DNA of 64,000 nt from Candidatus Krumholzibacteriota bacterium (GTDB lineage: Bacteria > Krumholzibacteriota > Krumholzibacteriia > JAJRXK01): positions 128,001 through 192,000 of the forward strand of contig CAWDWO010000026.1 of the NCBI GenBank assembly GCA_963806035.1, written 5' to 3'. Every line of letters starts with the position of its first letter. Within the stretch, counting starts at the first letter, position 1. The position numbers and the translations under genes are program-made. Shown here piece after piece: positions 58,304 through 64,000 of this stretch. A model generated the notes under the pieces. The model made no database searches. It was not told where the DNA came from and worked only from the letters and a program-made list of their open reading frames with translations.

Positions 58304-60163
58304 TCAAGAACCGCCGATGTATCCCAGCGACTTGAGCCGCTGAAGGTCAAGAGCCGAGCGCTTTGCGTGCGGCGTCCAGGCTGCTCGGCGTCCCCAGGTG
58401 GCCGGACCATCTTTGTCGCTTCCGGCCATGTCTTTGGCCGGGGGGATCCCCAGGATTCGCAAGAAGGACGGCGCGAGTTGAAGCACGGATCCCTCCCCCT
58501 TCGCCAAAGAAGATGGAATCGCCCATGCAAGCCGTTCCTTTTTCTGAACCCGCGAGAACACGAAGCAAAGTTCGCTGCCCTTGGGAACTTCCTCTACCAC
58601 TTTCTGCAGCAATTCATCCAGAAAATTCGCATAGAGGACTTCCAGCCGCTCTCCCATCTCCTTGGAAGGACCGGCCGGAATTCGCCTCACCGCCCGCTCC
58701 AGAATGTCCGCGCCCCCCAGATGACAGATACGTCCCTGCTGGGCGTCAGTGCCCATTCCCTTCAGGATCAGTGAGGAGTGAAAGAGATCACTGGCGAGCG
58801 CGTAGCGCCAGGCCTCGGCCACCTCTTGCAGGTCGTGCAGGGGCAAGTTGTTCAGAAGGGAATCGCCTCGCACCAGGGAGGAATACCCGCTCTGCTCCAT
58901 GAGGGCCGCCCGCAGATCGGCCAAGAGCCCCTCTTGCGCCGGTTGCACGAGCAGGGTGTCTGCCGCTGAGTCCGCGCCCTCCCACAGGCGCAAAAAACAG
59001 CGATCGCTGACCACGGTGAGGCCCTCGTGGCGCGCGGCGGGGTAGGTCGCCCAGGCGTTCACCACCTCCATTTTCAAACCCATCCGCACCGCGATCTCCC
59101 AAAACGGAGGACGGAGGAGTTCTCGCTGATCGTGAGCCTTCTCCTTGGTCAATCCGATGCCCGGGAGCAGTCCACGGAGCATCAGCGCCAACAGGGGTTG
59201 GCGACGCGCCCGGGTCAAATCGCTCGCCACCCCCTTGGGCCCGCTGGAGGACGCGCGGTTGAGGCCGTGAACCTCCGGCGGAAATCCGGTGGCGACACAA
59301 TTCCAGAAACTCTCCGGGTGCAGCGCGAGGCCCGGGGCTTGCAGGGTCCGCGCGGGCTCGCCGAGCTGGCGCTGGAGTCCGGGAAGGTCGGCGGGACTTT
59401 CCCCGTCCACCGTGAACAAGATGAGGCTTCGTTTTGGTGCGACCGTCACCGCGGGATGGACTTCGTCCAGGGTGGGAAGCGGCCGCAGATGACGGTAGGG
59501 TCCCAAGAGAAGGAGTCCCGCTGCCAAGACGAACAACAGCAAGATGACCCGCGGGGTGTGGCGCGCGCTCTTTCTCTCCTCATCGAGTTCGAACTGATCC
59601 AATCGAACGACGGCCAATAGAGCGCGAAAGAGCCTTCCGAAGGCCACCCCGAGCGCGGCGCAGAACAGACTCGCCAAGAGAGCGGCCACGAACCAGGTGG
59701 AGCCATGAATCTTGGGCAGGACGAAGCGTCCCACCACATCGCTCAAATACAGCCCGAAGAGTAGCGAGGAGACGAAGAACACCGCCAACTCGCCGCGGCG
59801 GCGTGCGGAGAAGCCGTTCCGGCGCGCGCTGAGGAGGAGCGGATAACTGAGCAAGCTCACCAGGACCCCACCCGAGATCGCGGCCGCCAGCACCAGGTCG
59901 AAACTCAACCACAGAAGATCGTGGAGCTTGTCGAGGATCTCCGTCTGCGCAACCGCCACGGAGACCGTGAGCAAGAGACCGGTGAGAGCTCCTCCTCCCG
60001 CTCCCAGCCACAGCCCGGCCAAGAGAGCGCTGCGCGAGGGGCTGCGGCCGCGCGAGACTTTCTCCGCGACGAAGGTCTCCACCGGAGAACGCAGATAGCC
60101 CAGTTCGCGGAGCCGGGCCAGTCCTTGCCGGAGACGTTCTTCGTCTTGGGGACTGCGCGGCAT
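58304..60163 (-). CDS. Membrane protein with degenerate alkaline-phosphatase/phosphodiesterase-like domain
   Basis: About 5 N-terminal TM helices; FTVDG, WNCVATG..PEVHG and VNAWATYPA motifs; C-terminal RLKSLGYI. Confidence 0.6.
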   Translation of the reverse strand: MPRSPQDEERLRQGLARLRELGYLRSPVETFVAEKVSRGRSPSRSALLAGLWLGAGGGALTGLLLTVSVAVAQTEILDKLHDLLWLSFDLVLAAAISGGVLVSLLSYPLLLSARRNGFSARRRGELAVFFVSSLLFGLYLSDVVGRFVLPKIHGSTWFVAALLASLFCAALGVAFGRLFRALLAVVRLDQFELDEERKSARHTPRVILLLFVLAAGLLLLGPYRHLRPLPTLDEVHPAVTVAPKRSLILFTVDGESPADLPGLQRQLGEPARTLQAPGLALHPESFWNCVATGFPPEVHGLNRASSSGPKGVASDLTRARRQPLLALMLRGLLPGIGLTKEKAHDQRELLRPPFWEIAVRMGLKMEVVNAWATYPAARHEGLTVVSDRCFLRLWEGADSAADTLLVQPAQEGLLADLRAALMEQSGYSSLVRGDSLLNNLPLHDLQEVAEAWRYALASDLFHSSLILKGMGTDAQQGRICHLGGADILERAVRRIPAGPSKEMGERLEVLYANFLDELLQKVVEEVPKGSELCFVFSRVQKKERLAWAIPSSLAKGEGSVLQLAPSFLRILGIPPAKDMAGSDKDGPATWGRRAAWTPHAKRSALDLQRLKSLGYIGGS

Positions 60164-60166
60164 CGG

Positions 60167-61051
60167 CTAGTTCCTTCTGGATGCGACGAAGGAGCAGAGT
60201 TCACGCAGAAGCGGATCGGGATTCTCCAGATGAACCAGGCTGTCGCTTGCCGTCGCCAGGAGTCGATTCATGATTTCCTCGCTGGCCTCGGCTCCCAGCG
60301 AGCTGACGAAGGTCGCCTTGCCTCGATCCTTGCGCGCGTCCTTTCCCATTTCCTGCGCGTGCCCGAATGCGTCCAGGAGGTCGTCCTTGATCTGAAAGGC
60401 CAACCCGAGATTTCGTGCGTAATTGGCCGCGACTTCCTCCAGGCGTTCATCCCCCTTGCTCAGGCGAACTCCCGCGCGCGCGCAAGCTCCGAAGAGTTCG
60501 CCGGTCTTGTGCCGGTGAATGTACTCGAGTGTATCGAGCTCGCGCATCTGTGCCGGGAGATGGAGATCGACGTGTTGTCCGCCGATCATCCCATTCACGC
60601 CGACCGCCCTGGCGAAGAGCGCGGTGAGTCTCAGGTGCTGATTCTTCGCGTCGACTTCGCCCAGAATTTCGAAGGCCCGCGCCAAGTTGGCCGTCGCGAC
60701 CAGGATCGCGGTATCGACACCGAAGACCAGATGGCAACAGGGCAATCCCCGGCGCGTACGCGCGTCATCCATGCTCGGCAGATCGTCCAGAATCAGAGAA
60801 GCGCTGTGGATCAATTCCACCGCGGTCGCCGCATCCAGCACGAGTTTCTCGTCCGCCCTCGCCGCGGAGCGCGACCACAGATCGATGACGGCGGCGCGGA
60901 TGCGCTTGCCGGGAGCAAGCAGAGTATAGCCGAGAGCTTCCCGCAGGCGTGGGGTATGAGCGTGCTCTTTCGCTTCGACGGCGGCAAGGAGCCGTGGATG
61001 AAGGTGGCGGGCAAACTCTTCCAGATACTTCGCGAGAGACGCATCTCCCAC
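60167..61051 (-). CDS. Polyprenyl diphosphate synthase (second IspA/CrtE-like)
   Basis: GKRIR, DDLPSMDD..RRG, KTG and FQIKDDLLD motifs. Confidence 0.9.
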   Translation of the reverse strand: MGDASLAKYLEEFARHLHPRLLAAVEAKEHAHTPRLREALGYTLLAPGKRIRAAVIDLWSRSAARADEKLVLDAATAVELIHSASLILDDLPSMDDARTRRGLPCCHLVFGVDTAILVATANLARAFEILGEVDAKNQHLRLTALFARAVGVNGMIGGQHVDLHLPAQMRELDTLEYIHRHKTGELFGACARAGVRLSKGDERLEEVAANYARNLGLAFQIKDDLLDAFGHAQEMGKDARKDRGKATFVSSLGAEASEEIMNRLLATASDSLVHLENPDPLLRELCSFVASRRN

Positions 61052-61073
61052 AATCGTTCCTCCCCTGCCGCCC

Positions 61074-62216
61074 CTACTTCGCCGCCATCCGACGAAGCAA
61101 GCGCGCCGTAGCCTCTACCATGGTCTCCTGATCGAAGTTCCGCAACACATGCTCGCGGCCGGCCACCCCCATGGCTTTCGCCCGCTCGGGCTCGCCGAGC
61201 AGTTCATCGATTGCCTGGGCAAGGGCGCTCGCATCCGACGGCGCCACGAGCAGTCCGGTCTTCCCTTCCACCACCATCTCCTCGATCGAACCCACCCGGG
61301 TGGAGATGACCGGGAGCTCGGCAGCCATCCCTTCCAGTACACACAGCGGGAAGGTCTCGACAACGGGGTGCGAGCAGAGGACGAGGAGATCAGCAAGAGA
61401 GAGAATCCGCGGCACGTCGTCGCGAAGTCCCAGCCAGTGGAGACGATCGCTGACGCCGAGCTTGTCCGCGTGCGCCCGGATGGCGGATTCACGCGCGCCC
61501 GTTCCCACGATGGCCAAATGGGCTCGAGGCTCGTGAGCACTGCTCTGCAACGCTTCGAGAATCAGCTCGTGGTGCTTTTCGGGACGCAAAGCGGCGACGA
61601 TGATCAGGAGCGGGTTCTGCAGGGGAAGTCCGAGTTCGCGTCGGAGCGCAACCCGCTCCTCGTTGGAAGGACGTGGCGCGAAGCGGTGCGTGTCGATTCC
61701 GTTGTGGATGACGGCGATCCGCTCCGGCGCGATTCCCATTTCCTCTTGCAGATAGCTCGCCTGCCGGTGGCTCACCGCGACCACCGTATCGGACAGGGGC
61801 ATCAGGACCCGATCCAGCAGATTGAGACTGGGGCTGCCGTCAGCACGTCTGGTGCGATGCACCGCGCAGAGCTGATGCGGGACGCCGGCCAGGCGTGCGG
61901 CCAGCCGTCCCAAGAAGAGGGCGTTGCCGTGATCGAGGACGTAGAGCAGGTCGCAGGAGAGGCCGGCCAGGTGACGGACGAGACGCGGCAGGGCAAGGAG
62001 AGACTTGGGCTCTGGCAGCAGTTGAGCTTCGACCTCTACCCCCGCGGCCTCGATCTCCGAGCCGATTTCTCCCAGTCCGCGGAAGGTCGTGAGCGCCGTC
62101 TCGATGCCCTGCCCTGGAAGTCCCAGACAGAGCGACTGGACGACCCGCTCGGCGCCTCCCACCGGCAGACGGTCGGCCAGAAAGCGAACTCTCAATTTGC
62201 TGCTCGGGGAATTCAG
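61074..62216 (-). CDS. GT4 glycosyltransferase
   Basis: GGAE, VIHNGID, LRPEK and ETFPLCVLEGMA motifs; start uncertain (CTG 62216 or TTG 62195). Confidence 0.88.
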   Translation of the reverse strand: MNSPSSKLRVRFLADRLPVGGAERVVQSLCLGLPGQGIETALTTFRGLGEIGSEIEAAGVEVEAQLLPEPKSLLALPRLVRHLAGLSCDLLYVLDHGNALFLGRLAARLAGVPHQLCAVHRTRRADGSPSLNLLDRVLMPLSDTVVAVSHRQASYLQEEMGIAPERIAVIHNGIDTHRFAPRPSNEERVALRRELGLPLQNPLLIIVAALRPEKHHELILEALQSSAHEPRAHLAIVGTGARESAIRAHADKLGVSDRLHWLGLRDDVPRILSLADLLVLCSHPVVETFPLCVLEGMAAELPVISTRVGSIEEMVVEGKTGLLVAPSDASALAQAIDELLGEPERAKAMGVAGREHVLRNFDQETMVEATARLLRRMAAK

Positions 62217-63250
62217 CGCGGGCTCCCCACCCCATTCAATTCGATGGCCGCACCGCCGTCGGAAATGGATCGACAGGCGGCTTCCAGAACTTCCACCACC
62301 TTGAGACCATTGGCTCCGTCGCTCAAGGGATTCTTCCCCTCCCGAATGCACTCGAGGAAATGCTGGGCTTCGGTCTTGAGCGGTTCGGCTTCTTCGATGC
62401 GCGGCAGGACGATGTCTCCGTAACGGTAGCTCAGATGGAATTCTCCAAAGCTGTCGTAGTGCGGCATCTTGGTGACGCCCTTGTCGTACACGCGCAGCTT
62501 TTCCAGGTTGGAGGTGTCGTCGTAGACCAGCATCTTCCTGCTGCCCACCACGGTGACCCGTCGGATCTTGTTGGGATCGAGCCAGCTCACGTGCAGATGA
62601 GCCCGCACGCTTCCCGGGTATTCCAGGTCCACGAAGGCCACGTCCTCGATTCCCGGTTGTACGAAGGCGTTGCCGGTGGCGTGCACTTTCAGAGGATGCG
62701 AGTCGAGCAGGTAGCCGAGAATGGAAATATCGTGCGGAGCGAGGTCCCAGACCACGTTCACGTCCTCGCGAAAGAGCCCGAGGTTCACGCGGGTCATGTT
62801 GATGTAGAAGATCTCCCCGAGTTCGCCCTCCTCGATGAGCTGACGGATCCTGCGCACCACGGAATTGTAGAGGAAGGTGTGCCCGACCATCAGGACCTTT
62901 CCGTTGCGTTCGGCCGCGGCGATCATGCGGTGGCACTCGTCCACCGTGGTGGCCATAGGCTTCTCCACGAAGACGTGCTTGCCGTGGTTCAAAGCCCTGA
63001 CTGCGATCTCCTCGTGCTTGTCGACCGGCGTGGCCAGCACGATGGCGTCGACCGAGGGATCCTCGATTGCGTCCGAAGCATTCCGGCTGACTTGCAGGGC
63101 CGGATAGAGCCCCTGCATGTGGCTCAGACGCTCTTCGTCCAGATCGACGGCCCAGGCGCACTGTGTATTGGGAAGAGATGCGAAATTGCGCACGAGATTG
63201 GGTCCCCAGTACCCAACCCCGATGACACCAACGCGAATGGGAGCGCTCAT
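62213..63250 (-). CDS. Gfo/Idh/MocA-family oxidoreductase
   Basis: GVGYWGPN, VEKP, MVGH and WDLAPHD motifs. Confidence 0.92.
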   Translation of the reverse strand: MSAPIRVGVIGVGYWGPNLVRNFASLPNTQCAWAVDLDEERLSHMQGLYPALQVSRNASDAIEDPSVDAIVLATPVDKHEEIAVRALNHGKHVFVEKPMATTVDECHRMIAAAERNGKVLMVGHTFLYNSVVRRIRQLIEEGELGEIFYINMTRVNLGLFREDVNVVWDLAPHDISILGYLLDSHPLKVHATGNAFVQPGIEDVAFVDLEYPGSVRAHLHVSWLDPNKIRRVTVVGSRKMLVYDDTSNLEKLRVYDKGVTKMPHYDSFGEFHLSYRYGDIVLPRIEEAEPLKTEAQHFLECIREGKNPLSDGANGLKVVEVLEAACRSISDGGAAIELNGVGSPR

Positions 63251-63302
63251 TGGTGGTCCTCGGTTTAGAGACTGATTTCTGGCATTTGGAATCGGGGGGT
63301 GA

Positions 63303-64000
63303 TCAGTACGCCCCATCTCCCTTCAGGAGCACGGGAATCGTCTTGAAGATGATCCTCAGATCCATCGCGAGACTCCAATGCGTGATGTAATGCAGATCCA
63401 GCATTACCATCTCGTCGAAGGGCACTCGGCTGCGGCCGCTGACCTGCCAGAGACCGGTGAGTCCCGGCTTGGCTTTCAAGCGATCCTTGTGCCAGTCCTG
63501 GTAGTGGTCCAACTCGTAGTGAATGGGCGGACGCGGCCCGACCAGGCTCATCTCGCCTTTCAGGATGTTCCAAAACTGTGGGAGTTCATCGAGGCTGCTC
63601 TGCCGCAGGAAGGTGCCGATGCGTGTCACGCGCGGGTCGCTGATCATCTTGAAGACGCGTCCCCCCTGGCGACTTTCCATCTTTCCGTTGATGAAACTCT
63701 GGGCAAAGCTGCGATGGACCGATTCATCGTTGTTATGATGCATCGTCCGGAACTTATAAAAAGTAAAAGGGATACCGTTCTTACCCAAACGGGTTTGCCG
63801 GAAAAACACCGGGCCGCGCGAGCTACACTTCACGGCGAGGGCGAGGAAGAGGAAGAGCGGAGCTCCCACCACCAAGACCAATGCCGAAAAGAAGAGATCC
63901 ATCGCGCGCTTTACGCCCAATTGGAGCTGTGATTGTTCCAGCCTGCCGATGCGAAGACTGAAGACCTCGGCCGCTTCCAATTGCTTTTCCAGCGTTGCGA
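63303..64000 (-). CDS. Sugar transferase (priming GT), 5'-truncated by window edge
   Basis: KRAMD, KFRTM, LDELPQ, VGPRP and [12 protein letters not shown] motifs; frame open to the window end. Confidence 0.92.
   Translation of the reverse strand, partial: ATLEKQLEAAEVFSLRIGRLEQSQLQLGVKRAMDLFFSALVLVVGAPLFLFLALAVKCSSRGPVFFRQTRLGKNGIPFTFYKFRTMHHNNDESVHRSFAQSFINGKMESRQGGRVFKMISDPRVTRIGTFLRQSSLDELPQFWNILKGEMSLVGPRPPIHYELDHYQDWHKDRLKAKPGLTGLWQVSGRSRVPFDEMVMLDLHYITHWSLAMDLRIIFKTIPVLLKGDGAY

Noticed and set aside
61074..63161. 695-aa ORF suggesting an N-terminally fused glycosyltransferase
   Set aside because: The N-terminal half is an alternative frame over the Gfo/Idh/MocA gene; GT4 homology begins only near 62200.

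Overview
High-GC bacterial chromosome segment, probably from an uncultivated FCB-group lineage (inferred from a PorV-family barrel, a Bacteroidetes-like short RpoD and σ54-type dnaK regulation). It spans the probable replication terminus. A dif site lies at 7407-7434, where gene orientation flips: every gene to the left is on +, and all but one to the right are on -. The left arm carries gpsA, merR, tRNA-Pro, an acyltransferase, a GT2, surE, pcm, tRNA-Pro, a LysM/M23 protein, apt and tRNA-Arg. The right arm opens with trxA, holA and lptE. A ~19 kb envelope locus follows (9.6-28.9 kb): diguanylate cyclase, nucleotide-sugar enzymes, PEP-CTERM protein, Wza/Wzc, PorV-like barrel, exosortase/EpsI, TPR lipoprotein, sugar transferase and a σ54 two-component system, with several -24/-12 motifs. 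After it come trpEGDCFB (no trpA), recN, nadK, dxs, ispA, folD, ymdB, 6S RNA, zapA, pheTS, rplT, rpmI, infC (ATC start, L20 leader), thrS, moaED, a sigma factor, dnaK, glycosyltransferases, a Gly-Cys-Leu tRNA cluster and the end of a second polysaccharide locus. Eight tRNAs were found. No CRISPR array, transposase, integrase or rRNA was seen.
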